A program made the position numbers and the translations under genes. From Camelus ferus (lineage: Eukaryota), in contig NC_045711.1 of NCBI RefSeq assembly GCF_009834535.1, positions 50,840,001 to 50,904,000 on the forward strand: a DNA stretch of 64,000 bases, given 5' to 3'. Below the pieces are notes generated by a model. That model was given only the letters and a program-made list of their open reading frames with translations, was not told the DNA's origin and made no database searches. Positions 22,701 through 35,400 of the stretch are shown here, in pieces; the stretch's first letter is position 1, and the number at the start of each line of letters is the position of its first letter.

Positions 22701-25700
22701 GACGGAGTCACTCCGGGGGCAGCATGGAGGATAGGTCCGAGGGAGAGGGAAACCACACCTTCTCTCTGCCTAGTTCAAGCTATGCCCTTTTGCATACACA
22801 TCTCACCACTTACCAGGAGCAAGGCTGCACATCCCTATTTTTATTTGAGGTGGAATAGCTGGTAAAAGGTAGAGTCGGGGTTTGCTCAGAGGTGCTCTCT
22901 GACTTGGGGGCTTCTGGACGCTTACATCACAGTGTGTGAGCCCAAGGCTTAGGTCTTCTCTCTTTGGGTCCTAGGCGGACTTCTGCGGCCTCACGCACCT
23001 GGTGAAGCTGGATCTGAGTAAGAACAAGCTGCGGCAGCTGCCAGTGGACTTTGGCCGACTGGTCAACCTCCAGCACCTGGACCTCCTCAACAACAGGCTG
23101 GTCACCCTGCCTGTCAGCTTCGCTCAGCTCAAGGTAACGACTGAACCAATGTTTCATGGCCAGGTGTGGCAGAGGGCTTGGGGACTGAGAGAGCGTGGCT
23201 GTGAGAAAGGCTGCCAGAAATGTCACCTGTTACCACACCCTCAGATGGCTTTCCCTGCAGCTGGAACACAGAGGGGCTTTCTTCCTGCTCATTTGGTTCC
23301 ACTTTGAAGGGCTCTTTACGTGCACTTGGGCTTACCAGCCTCTCCGCCCATCTCTTTAGAGCCTGAAGTGGCTGGACCTGAAGGATAACCCCCTGGATCC
23401 TGTCCTGGCCAAGGTGGCAGGGGATTGCTTGGATGAGAAGCAGTGTAAGCAGTGTGCCAACAAGGTAAGCAGGTGGCTCCTTCACACAGTCCCCTGGGAC
23501 TTGCCTCTGCTGCCTCTTGGTTTTCCCTCCTAGGGCATCTGCAACTGTGTGATGATTGAGGCACAAATCTCTGAGCCTGTCAAGCAAGGGCACCTTTGTT
23601 TCTGTTTACTTTACAAGTAATGGAATAATACTGTTGTCTCTTCTACTGTGGTACTTCCGTGCTTAAGAAACCAGGACCTTGCGTGATCCAACATTGCACT
23701 GTTGACAGTTGTCTGTATGGAACAAGAGGGTTGGGGGCTGTGACCTTTCTTCTTCATGGTTATTGTAGGAATTTTGATAATGAAGGTGTTAATATTTGTT
23801 AAGTTTATACCTGTAAGCAGACATATCCTGGACAGATCTGGCATTTGGTTTTAGTCACATCATCTGGAGGAAGCAACTAACTGGCAGCCTGGAAAGCAAA
23901 CATCACCAGTAACATTGAAGATGATTTATACTGTTTCTTAAGAATTGTTTCTAGCATTTAAAGTTAAGTCTTTTTGGTTCACAACACCCCTAAACAAAGC
24001 CAAATAAGTCATCTGTCACTCAGCCAAAGAAGCAGCAATCTGTTCTAACGCTGAAGGGAACAAATGACTATGGCTAGAGGTTCTGAGAGATGGGCATAGT
24101 GCCCATCATTAGCTCAGGGCTGCTTACATAATCTCAATATCTGTAACATCCACTGTTACCAGAAACCCAGCACAAGGTCAGTGCATCCAAGAAGCCAAGA
24201 CAACAGTTTGCCCAAGGCTAGAACTGTACAAGTGATCAGTGAAATCTTGTTTGGAAAACTTGGTGCTTTCAGAGTAATGTCTGTTCTGAAGACTGACAGT
24301 AGCTACCACGGACTCTTCCTCTGTCGCACTAGCTCTGCACGTTTCATCTCATAATCCTCGTAACCCTGGGAAGTGGGTATGACTCCCCTACTTCTGATGT
24401 GAGAGACCTCAGTGCACAGCACCTTTCATTTAGCCCTTGTTCATTCAACTAATAGTATGTTGAACCATGTGAAGTTGCTGATATTCCAGTGTTTGACTTA
24501 CAAAAATAACTTTTATTGAGTGCAGAGGTCTTTGGCATTCACATATACCTTCCAGGCAAAGCTCCAGGGAGCAGAGTGCATTGTGAAAGTGGTGAGTCAG
24601 CCACGCTCCCAGCACCGCTGCCCAGAGCTGTCTCCTGCTGCACCTTGAAGCACGTGACGTGGGCCAGTCAGAATGAGGTCACTTGTCTCCAGGAGTTAGT
24701 TTACATCTCACCAGCCCTGACCCTGTGGATGCATAGTAACGGATCAGCTCGGCGCATAATAAAATACCTTAGCACCTTTTAAAAATAAATTTGTTAGTTC
24801 AGCAGTGCCTACTACGTGCTATGGACTGGAATAGGTAGACAAGATCTCCCCTCCAGAAGCTCACAGCTCATCTAGAAGAGCCACTCCCATTTCTGAATTT
24901 GCTGTGTTTTCAGAAAACTTAACTCCTGATGTATTGTATCCAAGCTAAAAGGGCGGCTCTTAAATGTTCCAGCTCTTCATTTAGCCAGCTTTTACCCGCT
25001 AAAATCAACTGAATGGTTGGTGCTTATTTAAAATTCAGAGATCAGCATGAGGCAGGGACTTGGAACTTGGGCTGCCTCTCCACCGCGCTGGGCCTTCCTC
25101 CAGATCCTGCAGCTCCTTGTTGAGCTGCCATTTGTTAGTTACCTTAACCCTTTGGAGAGGTGCCAGCAGGTGCAGGTCCTGGGTTACTCAGGACATGGTT
25201 CCTTGTGGCTTTAAACTAGGCTCTCAGGGGGAGCAGCTTTTGTAGGCCAACTCCTGAGCCCTCATATGATAGATGTATGCATATCTGAAGTTTCCACAAA
25301 GTAAAATAATTGCATTTGAATATACGTCTGTCCTGCAGGTTGTCTAGTACAGCAGTGAAAGAGACAGTTAAGACAACTTGCTGTCTTAATTTAGAATACT
25401 TAAGGTTTTCTTATCTTACTAATGCAGTCAAGAAGATAAGGTAAAAAAGCAACAGTGTTTATTAAGCACACATAATGCCTTTCTCTTGGAGTTCTGCCGC
25501 TGTGCCCTAGAAATAAGAGGGACAAGCTTTGGCCTAAGAACTCAGGAGACCTGCCCTCTCAGCTGTGCTGCTCTCTAGCTGTGACATCAGAGCCTCAGTT
25601 TTCTTATTTTTAAAATGGGAATCCAGTCCATTGTTCATCACACCTGTATTGAGTACTTGTAATTAGCTAAGCCCAGTGTTCCTCTACAGAGCTATAATGG

Positions 25701-28700
25701 CAGTAGTCCCTACCCCGAGGGAACACACAGTCTAGGACTGAGATGGATAAGAAAACTCCCCCGGAGGGGGTGGGGGCTGAGGCAGCCAGAGGAGGGGAAG
25801 GTCAGGGAAGTGTCTCAGAATAAGTGCTGTCCCTGCTCATCACAGAAAGTTGCTGGGGGACTTACATGAAGTGATTGTAAACGGCAGGACTCTTGCAGGT
25901 TCCAGTTGGCATTGTGTTTCACAGACTTCTTTCCTGACAGCCCTGAACCGGGCGCATATGACTCTTACCCAGCCAAGGTTGGAACAGTGAAGATACAAAG
26001 ATAGATTCCATTAGCTCCGCCCTGCTTCCAGGGCCTCTGGTGATCTGGGCTCCTGAATAAAGCAGTCTCTTTTTTTGAGACTCCCCCAGGAAAATGACTC
26101 TTTGAGTCTAGCGCCCTCCTCTCCCTTTGCAGGTGTTACAGCACATGAAGGCCGTGCAGGTGGATCAGGAACGAGAGAGGCAGCGGCGGCTGGAAATAGA
26201 CCGAGGTAGGTAGCCATCTCTTTTCTGGTCTCTGCCGGGTCCTTATCCCAGCCAACTGGCCGTCAGCTTCTGGAGCTCGGAGCCAGCAGAGGAGCCATGC
26301 TGAGCAGTGGGGAACAGTGTGGTAAGAGACGACATCTTCTTTGACAGATCTCTCTCCAGGCCTGGCTTCCTCACTGGCCCTGCGGTCAGAGTCAACTGCT
26401 TGTCTTTCTGCCTGCTGGGAGGGTTAATAAGTATCTCAAATTAAACATGGCTAAGCCGGGTCCTCTTCAGCATCTCCCTGTGTTCCCCAGTAATGAGAAA
26501 TCACCATCCCTGTGGTTACTCAGTCCTGAAATTGGAAAGCTGTCCACGATTCCTTTCTTCTGATTCTCTCCCATCCCACCTGTCAGCAGTGGCTCCTCAG
26601 GGCCACCACCTCATGGACTGCCACAGGACCTCCTAGCACAATGTCCTGGCTCCACACCTGTGCCCTCTCCACAAAGCCATTTTCCACACAACAGCCAGGG
26701 AGGTCTTTTTAAAACATAAGTCAGTTCTGCTGCCATTTGCTTAAAACCCTCTCATGGCTTCCGACTGAACTTAGAATGAAATTCAAACTCAGTCACATGG
26801 CTGACAAGGCCACTGTGGCACACACCTGTTTGCTTCTCTGGCCTCACTCCACACACCAGTGAGAGGATGCAGTCGACTTGAGCCACACGAGCCTGAACAC
26901 ACCAAGCACAGTCTCATCTTAGGGGCTTTGCTTGGTTTCCTTTCCCTGGCTTCCGGCTTCAGCTTCGTGTAGTCCCTCCTGTCTCTGCTCATATGTTGCC
27001 TTAGGTTAACCTTAACCCTTTCACAACCACCCAGACTAGAATGGCCAGTGCATCTGTCACTGTCATATCCTCAGTTATTTCCTCGATGGCTCACATCACT
27101 GTCTTTCTTTGTTCACTTTATTTATTGTTTGTCTCCTCCTCGAGAAGGCAGACGATTTAGGCACTGCAGCCTGACTTTTTTTCACTGCCGTATCTCAGGC
27201 ACTTAGAACAAGGCCTGGCACACAGCAGGCGCTATGTCGGCCAGCTGGCTGACTTCTGAGCCTGCCTACTGGAGGACTCCTGTGCTTGGAGGGACATACA
27301 CAGTACTGATCACAGGCGGACCCTGAGATCGGAACCTCATGACCATCCCTGTACACACGTGGCTGCTGTACCGCCTGTGTTTACTCTGACCGCTGCTGCT
27401 TTTGCTTCTGGATGGCACGTGTCGTCCCGAGGCTGCATGGAGTGTGTTCTTGGCATTCTCAGTGCCCAGCTGGAACTTGGAGCTTGTTTGTCTGTAGAGA
27501 AGCAGTGGAAAGCTACAGTACTAAGAGTGCTACTTTTCAGCTACAGGATAGTTCAAAGAGGCTTTTGAGCCCTAAAAGGACATGTAACCACCATTTGTGG
27601 CATTCTGGCTTTGGAAAAATGCAGCCTTCCAGATAACTAATTTGGAAATGCATTTTTGGAACCCAGTAATTTGTAAGTTGGCTACTGTGTAAACATACTT
27701 GGGCTGTGAAGTAAATCTGAGCGTGACATAGGCTCCCAAGTTGGAGTCGAGAGAGCACCCTCTGACAAAGTGTTAGTCTTGCTTTTTCAGGAGAACATTT
27801 CCATCCTCTCTAACCCCGAACTGAGTGCTCAGTTTTCTTCCTGCTAGCCCTCTCCATGCCACGTTCCTTTCTGAAGCTTGCGAAGACAGGAATCAACACC
27901 TCCATTATTTCTTCTCTTCATAGTTGGCGTTGTGCAAGGCTGTCAATGGCTGTGTCTTCTGAATCAGTACCTAATTCTAAAGGAGCACCAGATTCATCAC
28001 CTCCGCCTTTCTTATTCCCTGCTAGTTACATCCCCCTAATCTCTGCTGCTTGTGGCTAGGAACCCCTTAATAAGGATCCATTCGATAAACCCTGAGAGCA
28101 GCTTATTGTATTTTAGGGAGGGCTTACTTCCCTGAGATTGCCTTCTAATACACCTTATGTGAGCCACGGCATAAGGGAAAGAGCCTGAATCCACACTTTT
28201 AATCACTTGGGAAAGCAAGCTGGAGGTCTGTGGGAGAAGCCACTTTTGGATCTCCTTTCTCGTAGAGGCCGAGAAGAAGTGGGAGGCCAAGCAGCGAGCT
28301 AAGGAGGCTCAGGAGCGGGAGCTGCGGAAGCGGGAGAAGGCGGAAGAGAAGGAGCGCCGGAGAAAGGAGTACGACGCCCTCAAAGCAGCCAAGCGGGAGC
28401 AGGAGAAGAAACCTAAGAAGGAAACAAACCAGGCCCCGAGTACGTTTTCCTCTCAGTTGCAGGGTTCCAGCAGGAGTGCAGTGGGGGGACTTGCCTGTGT
28501 TTTCAGGATAGATGAGCGAGTGAGAGAATGAGCTTGTAAACCTTGTCAGATGCAATATACTCTAAGGCCTGGGAGTAACTTGGAGGGTCTGCTTGCAGGG
28601 AGCAAGGGGACCCTCCAAGTGCCCTGGCTGGTTTGTTTCCCCAGTGTCACATGCTTATGTGCAGATGTTTGGGTCAGATGTGGCTTAGAACATTCCCAGA

Positions 28701-30249
28701 ACAGGGTGTTGCCCTTTTTGTAAGGGTTATAGTCTGAAGTCACCCAGAATGGTGAAGACTGCATATGTTCACATTACTCTTAAAAGTCCCTGATGTCAGG
28801 TGGGGAGGGTATAGCTCTGGTAGAGTGCGTGCCTAGCATGCAGGAAGTCCTGGGTTCAATCCCCAGTCTCTCTATTAAAAAAAAAAAGAAAGAAAAAGTC
28901 CCTGATGTCACCCATGAGGTGTACTGGGCTTTGAGTGTGTGGTGCCATCTCGGTACCACCTGCACTGCCTGAGATTTTCTTTACAAGTTGGACCAGGTCA
29001 CTCTCTTTGGTGAGCACCAGGGGAATCATTTAATCTGTGTTCAGGGAACCATGTTGTATAAAAAATACTCACTAGTGTTTTACCTGAATATGTCCTGTTG
29101 GATTTGTGTAGTGGTGTGGATCCACGGATGAGGGAGGACCATGTATCCTCTGGGCCAAAAGGGACCCCTGAGGGAGAGGCGCTTGAGCAGGGAAGAAGCT
29201 CTGTAGGGAGTGGAGGCCTGTACCTGTCCCTGCTCATCCCCACTGGCCTTGAGCAAGTCACCCCCTCACACCTTTTTGTTTCCTCTGTGTAAATGAGGAT
29301 CATACCTCCTTATAGGGTAGTGATAGGAAGTGAAAAAAGCTACTTGACAGAATCATGTAGTTCTTGGCCTGTGGGTGCTCAGTCGAGTTTTTTAAAATGT
29401 TGCCTAAAAGTCCCCAAGCCAATTTTTTTTCTAATTATACATACATTTGTTCATTGCAAATAATTTCTGTATATATCAGGAAATGGCGATTGCCTGTAAC
29501 CCCCCGATTCCCAGCAGCAGCCGTTGTTACCAATATGGTGCACCGTTTTCCAGGCTTTCTTTTTATATGCATCTTATATAATAATAATGACATTAACAGT
29601 ATTAATACATTTCAAACCTGTTTCCCCAAATGGGAGACGCTCTATCCATGCTAGATGCTTCCTGGTGAGCACCTCCCTTGATCCCGAGGGGCCCAGATCA
29701 TCGCCATGTTATGAAGGAGAACTTAGGACCCTCGGGACTATGCGCTATGTGAGGCAGAATGAGTCCAGTTTTGAATCTACTCCTCAAGATCCAAGGGAGA
29801 AGGAGTTTGTGTTTTAGTCTCTGCATAGCAACATTTTTAAGAGCTCAGACATTCTTAAAACCGTTTTCTCCTCAGGGCCTGGGGAGTTTTCAGCAGAACT
29901 GGGGTGTAAGTGGATCTGCACAGAGGAGACGAGCATTGATTGGTAGCGTGTGGGTCTCCTCAGACTGACTGGACCTTTTGTCTCCCATGACTTTGTCCCT
30001 CCAGAATCCAAGTCCGGCTCTCGGCCCCGTAAGCCGCCCCCCCGGAAACANNNNNNNNNNNNNNNNNNNNNNNNNNNNNNNNNNNNNNNNNNNNNNNNNN
30101 NNNNNNNNNNNNNNNNNNNNNNNNNNNNNNNNNNNNNNNNNNNNNNNNNNNNNNNNNNNNNNNNNNNNNNNNNNNNNNNNNNNNNNNNNNNNNNNNNNNN
30201 NNNCCATGACATCCTCCGGTGGGTCCTGCAGACCGATTCTCAGCAGTNN
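19280..30249 (+). CDS. LRRC59: LRRC59 (p34, ER/nuclear-envelope LRR membrane protein), ~306 aa; join(19280-19384,21122-21181,22975-23133,23360-23464,26133-26205,28266-28439,30005-30249)
   Basis: Spliced translation [35 protein letters not shown]...[14 protein letters not shown] matches LRRC59; all introns GT-AG; total 921 nt is in frame; TM segment and stop partly under Ns. Confidence 0.97.
21122..21181 (+). CDS. LRRC59: LRRC59 exon 2
   Basis: [20 protein letters not shown]; CTAG / GTAAGA. Confidence 0.95.
22023..22172 (+). mobile_element. Camelid-type tRNA-derived SINE in LRRC59 intron 2
   Basis: GGTATAGCTCAGTGGTAGAGTGCATG...GGTTCAATCCC (A and B boxes), A-rich tail, TSD AAGAACCATTT at 22012-22022 and 22173-22183. 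Confidence 0.88.
22975..23133 (+). CDS. LRRC59: LRRC59 exon 3
   Basis: [19 protein letters not shown]...FAQLK; CTAG / GTAACG. Confidence 0.96.
23360..23464 (+). CDS. LRRC59: LRRC59 exon 4
   Basis: [14 protein letters not shown]...QCANK; TTAG / GTAAGC. Confidence 0.96.
26133..26205 (+). CDS. LRRC59: LRRC59 exon 5
   Basis: [24 protein letters not shown]; GCAG / GTAGGT. Confidence 0.95.
26440..27225 (+). mobile_element. L2 fragment(s)
   Basis: TTTTAAAACATAAGTCAG..GCTTAAAACCCT..TTAGAATGAAATTCAAACTC and GCACTTAGAACAAGGCCTGGCACACAGCAGG motifs; boundaries approximate. Confidence 0.6.
28266..28439 (+). CDS. LRRC59: LRRC59 exon 6 (charged coiled coil)
   Basis: [24 protein letters not shown]...NQAP; GTAG / GTACGT. 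Confidence 0.95.
28799..28893 (+). mobile_element. Camelid-type tRNA-derived SINE in LRRC59 intron 6
   Basis: GGGGAGGGTATAGCTCTGGTAGAG...GGTTCAATCCCCAG plus poly(A); perfect 17-bp TSD AAAAGTCCCTGATGTCA at 28782-28798 and 28894-28910; TT/AAAA L1 endonuclease site. Confidence 0.92.
30005..30249 (+). CDS. LRRC59: LRRC59 exon 7, coding part
   Basis: [14 protein letters not shown]-[153 N, frame kept][14 protein letters not shown], then T followed by N at the expected stop. Confidence 0.9.
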
Positions 30250-31966
30250 NNNNNNNNNNNNNNNNNNNNNNNNNNNNNNNNNNNNNNNNNNNNNNNNNNN
30301 NNNNNNNNNNNNNNNNNNNNNNNNNNNNNNNNNNNNNNNNNNNNNNNNNNNNNNNNNNNNNNNNNNNNNNNNNNNNNNNTAGACCTCCTCTTTGTAAGAC
30401 CTCCTTGTTCCTCAGTCAGGGTTCCCTGGTTGAATAGGGAGAAGTAAGAGGTAGGGACAGTAACCTGCATGCTTAAAAGAATAGGCTTGAGGTGGGGAGA
30501 GGAAAAAACAGCCTTTTCTAGTTGTTATACGAAGCTGTGTAAAGGCAAGACTCATTTCTACTAAAGGTCAGCTGTCACTCCATTTATACTTTTGTATGTC
30601 ACAGACCCTTTTTTTCATTCCTCCCTGGGGAGCCAGGGCAGATCAGGAGGCAGTGTGTTATTGGGGACTAGGGGGAACACTATACTCAGCAAATCTAGCC
30701 TAAATTTGGGGGGAGGGACATACCTATTTTTAAGGACCTCAGACATTTCAGGTATTTTAAATGATCATACAAAATCTCAGGCTGTGAAAGGGACTTCAAG
30801 ACCATCCAGTCCAATATAACACTTGTAGATGGGGAAACTGAGGCCTTCCATGACTTGCCTGCAGTCTCAGTTTGAGGCAGAACTGGATTTCCACCCTGGT
30901 GTCCTTCCTTTCCTTTCCATCATTTTGCCTCCTTTATAATGTCCTGAGAAAACAAAACTTACACTAGAATTGTGTATCTCTTGGCTGGAGTATAGACTCT
31001 TTCCTGGGAAACAGATTTATGACTCACAAACAAATCTCATAGCTACGAGGGTCTTGGGCAGCTCCTGCGAAGTCCTGCCGCAGCTTATGTGGTTTCTATA
31101 AAACGGGGATGGTCCAGGCTCCTGGCGTCAGTTTGAGAGCATGAACTCCCTGACTGCCAGTAAACAAGGTGGACCCTTGCAAAGCCACACTGTCTGTGAC
31201 AGCTCTGTTAAGTAACTGGTGTGATTAAATACCTCAGAGCAACCTGGAAACTCAAGCTTCATAGACAATGAGGTGTAGAACTGTTTTGACTGTAGACATC
31301 ACTACATGTATACAACGAAGGGAAACAAGTAGCATCGTGGAGTTTAAAAGTGACACATTAAGGACTAGCACAAATAAGGGGGGAACTGTCTGTTCTCATC
31401 TGCCAGGTTAAGCATTTTCTTGCTCTGTGGCCTCCTTTGCCTCTTTTCACAACAGCTGGACGGAGGGATCAGAAATGGCCATGTCATGGTGCTCATTCTT
31501 AGAAAACTCCGGATTGCGAGCTCTTTGCCTCTCCCCAGGGAGAGCAAGAACCTGCCATGTTCAGTCAGAACGGGATCCAGCTTTTCAGCACTAGTGGCCC
31601 ATTTGGATAGGACTGACACACAACTGTCCTGACAGTGGAAGAGAGGACTTGTTCTCCCTCAAGGACAGCTCTGCCGCGCAGGCCCACACCTCACTCAGAA
31701 TCACTACACATTCCTTTAGTCTTCCTCCAAGCTCCAGAGCCGTTGGCGTATATGCTTCACTGAAACTAAACACATAGTACATAAAATGAGATTAAGAGCA
31801 TACAGCAGTCAGCACAGTGACCAGACCCCGTTCCCTGGCTGGGGGAGGCAGCTTCAGTGGGTGGGGGAAGGCTGGGGCCCACTCAGTCCTGTCGAGCAGC
31901 TCACCAAGGGCAGTTCACTCATGACCTCGAGATTTGATGCTGAGGTTCTTTTGGATTTCTCCTGTT

Positions 31967-31972
31967 ATTAAA
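31967..31972 (+). terminator. Probable LRRC59 poly(A) signal ATTAAA
   Basis: ATTAAA followed ~20 nt later by a GU-rich tract (GTCTGTCTTTGTTCCTTTGTGTTCTG). Confidence 0.55.
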
Positions 31973-32278
31973 TACGTGTCTGAGTGGTCTGTCTTTGTTC
32001 CTTTGTGTTCTGAGGGCTGGCTGGGGTAGGGGGTTCTGCATGGCAGCTAGGAGAGGAATGTTAAATGCCTGTGAGCACAAATGCAAGCACCTCAGCCTTC
32101 ACCCGTACGTCGACAGGTACGGAGATAACTGCAAATAGTGACGCCCACGAAAGCCTGCTGTAGGCAGGACCCAGGCCTGTGCTGCGGGTGACGTTTTCAA
32201 TCCCTGCGTTGCAGTCATGCTTCCAGGTGGGGGAGGTGGAAATCTCCAGCTTTTCATCCTTGTCCCTGAGGGCTGGCA

Positions 32279-32455
32279 TCAGTCTGCAGTGTCTAAAGAG
32301 AGATCTGGCTGCAAAGCTGTCATCTGAAGGTAGATGCGCCTGGAGAGCTCTGGCCCAATACGGCGGGAGGTGGCTGTCACACCTTCTCCACGGCGCACCT
32401 GTATGTCTGCGAGCAAATTCTGGCGTTCTTGCTCAGAAATACACCGCTTATAAGC
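32279..32455 (-). CDS. EME1: EME1 exon 9, coding part
   Basis: [58 protein letters not shown]. Confidence 0.95.
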   Translation of the reverse strand, partial: AYKRCISEQERQNLLADIQVRRGEGVTATSRRIGPELSRRIYLQMTALQPDLSLDTAD

Positions 32456-35400
32456 CTGAAAATGGTAAATGACCTGTTAATACCACACCATACACAGCCA
32501 TTCCTCATGAATAAGGGTTGGGGGGTAAGAACCCATCCTCCCTCCCTGGTCAGTGTTGACTCTGATCTCAGTAGACCCACACTGGTGACATACAAGGTAT
32601 TCTTGGGCCCTCACTGGTGTGGTCCTGGAAACTGGCACCCCACTAAGGCCACAGTGCACTAGGCAGTGACGCCTGGAACAGCATACCTGGATCAGGAGCT
32701 GCGGGGAGGGATAGGTGTCCACAACAGCACTGGCCATTTCCAGGCTGACTCGGTTCAGCTGCTGAATCTGTCTCTTCCAGACCAGCGCGAGCCCCCTGCC
32801 ACAGCGGTCCACCTTTGCCCCTTCCAGCCCAGTCACTCTCCAGGCAGAAGGAGAAACTAGTTTGATCTCGGAGCTTTCTGAAAACAGCACAGTTGAGGAG
32901 CTACGAGTCACTTGTTACTCTGCTGCACCTGTCCCCTTAACTAATAATTCCTCCACTGACCTCAGAAGAGGTGGGCACAATGGTCTATCTGGCCTAGTTA
33001 AACGCTCACTGTTCCCAAGCAGTGCCAGTTGATGATTCCTCTTAAAACATCTATTCCTTTTCATTAAAAGAGAAGGTACCAGAGAACTATGAGACCCTTG
33101 CTTATATTGAGATAGGGTTGTATTGATCAGAGAGGCCATGTGCACAGGGTAGGCACAAGGGACTGAGTATCAGGCCATTTGGAGTCTGGTTCTGGTTCTA
33201 ATTTGCTAGGAACTTTGACAAGTTGGTCTCTCCAGGCCTCGGTTCCCTCAGGTATAAAATGAGGGACTTGGACTGGATTGTCTCTGAGGTCTCATTAATT
33301 TTAAATTCTGGCTATGAATAGTCCTTGAGCTAGCTAGGCTAGAATTGTGTTTGACAAGGGCTTATTACATTGTGACCTGATCTACAGTGAGTCCTGGTAA
33401 CTTGGCCCACTGGTGACCCAGTACCACCTTGCAGGACACAAACTTACACATAAGGTAAAGGAGAACATTTTAAGGGGACTAGAGGGCTCTTTCCAAGAAT
33501 GCCCAGGGTTAGGTCAGCTCCTTCTGCTTCTAGCTTGAGTGACCACAGACTAGCAGCAGAGTTCAGAGGAAAGGGATATCTTTGGGTACCAGAACCACTG
33601 TAAAGGACAGGGCCCAGCGACGGAGCCAGGACTTGATGGGGCACTCACTTGAAGGGTGCTTCAGCCACAGCCTTTGTGAACGTGCATGCAAAGTTGGCCA
33701 GCTCTTTCCAGCTCTGCACAATTCGAGCCTGGGCTTCTGTGTGTAGCTGCAGATCCACCAGTGCCTAGAAACCCAAAAGCAGGATGGACTGGAAGGGCAC
33801 AGAGAGACTAGTTTGAAACTGCTCTCCTCTCCCTGTTCAGTGAAGCTGCACCCCAGCCCCTTGGCTCCCTGTTTGGCCCCTTCTTAGTGCCAAGGCATAA
33901 AGTAGTGTCCAGCAGGCATTTTACTCTTTATCAGCAGCAAATTGGGTTAGATGAGAGTGGGCACCCACGCTGACTCAGGCAACAGAAGTTCTTACCTCTT
34001 CTATGTCTACCCTGGTCACCCCGGCCGCTGTGTTGGCCTCTAGTTGTCTTTCCTTCCTCTTCTCCTTGGCCTGTTCTCTGGTGGCCACTCCCTGTTTCCT
34101 TCTCCTCGGAGGATTCGGAGCACTGGAGCAGGGGAGGAAATCAAAGAGTGACACCTCCAGGCTGAGCTCAGGCAGAAGAGGTATGCAAAGCTTAGAGCAG
34201 AGAGTCCCACAGGGCTGGTCAGGGACACTAGTTTGCAGAGGGACCTAGATCTGGGATAAATAAATTCAACCCTGTTGGCCCAAGAGCTGCCCCTTTTAAC
34301 GCCAAGTCTCAAGGACAAATCCAAACCTGAAACAGTTCTCCTGATCCACAACCACCAGTGACACAGCTTTCCCAGCTGTCCTTGCCGTGATGTCAGTTAC
34401 AAAGCTCTGAAGCGTTTCCTTCCCTTCCTCGGTGCTGCCCAGAGTTCTCTGTATAAATGGGCAGAAACTGCATGAATGCCTGCTCCCTAGGGTCATCCCT
34501 CTGTCCCATGCCTCGGCACCAACCCCTCTGGCTCTGCCCACCTGTTTGAAATTGTAGATCATAGGTACAAATGCCTCTGCCAAGAGCAACACCAGGATCA
34601 TTGGCTCCTCCACCCAGTCCTCTCCATCCTGTCAAAGGACATGGAACCCAGCAGAGGGAGGCAGGTCAGCAGGTGCTCAGCACCTGTGAGAGTGACCCAG
34701 GCCTTTTGGGTGAATGAACACATCCCCATCAGCCTAGTCCATTTTGCATTACCCTTTTTCTTCTGAAATGAAGTCACAGTTACAAGAAACAGTGATCCAT
34801 GATCCTGTCCCTCCCAGTCTCAACTGTTCAACCTTGGTGTACTGCATCTCAGAGGCAGTGAATAAGAAAAGAACATTAGTGAATTGAAATGGATTGAGAA
34901 ATAACTGCCAATATTTCTATGCATTTTGAACAGGGAGACAGAGAGAAGGAAACTCTTCCAAAAGATTTGGAACAAATAAGTAACTTGGGCTTTGAGGGTA
35001 GATGCTAAGTATGAGCTGAGCGGCCCATACAAACACACAGGTTTTGTGTGACAAAGAACCACTAGGGAAACTTCAGTCTGTGAGAGCACCTCTTTGCCAT
35101 ACTAGGGCGTAATCAAACAGAGCCAGGGCCGCCTTGTGGTCCACAATCCTACAGCAGTACAGTATTACAGAGTGCAGTTTTCTGATTAGGTCCCTATAAT
35201 AAGAAAAAGCCAAGTCCCACAATATAGCAAAGCACAAGTGGGAAGAGCTCTGGGTTATAGTCCCCGCCCACCGCCGCCACCACTCAGCTGTGATCCTTAA
35301 CAAGGCTTTCCAACTTCTCATTTTCCCCCCTGTGATGTGGGGATGAGAATTCCTTCCTTATAGGATAACTGTGAGAGAAACAGGGGCGATCTTTCCCCAC

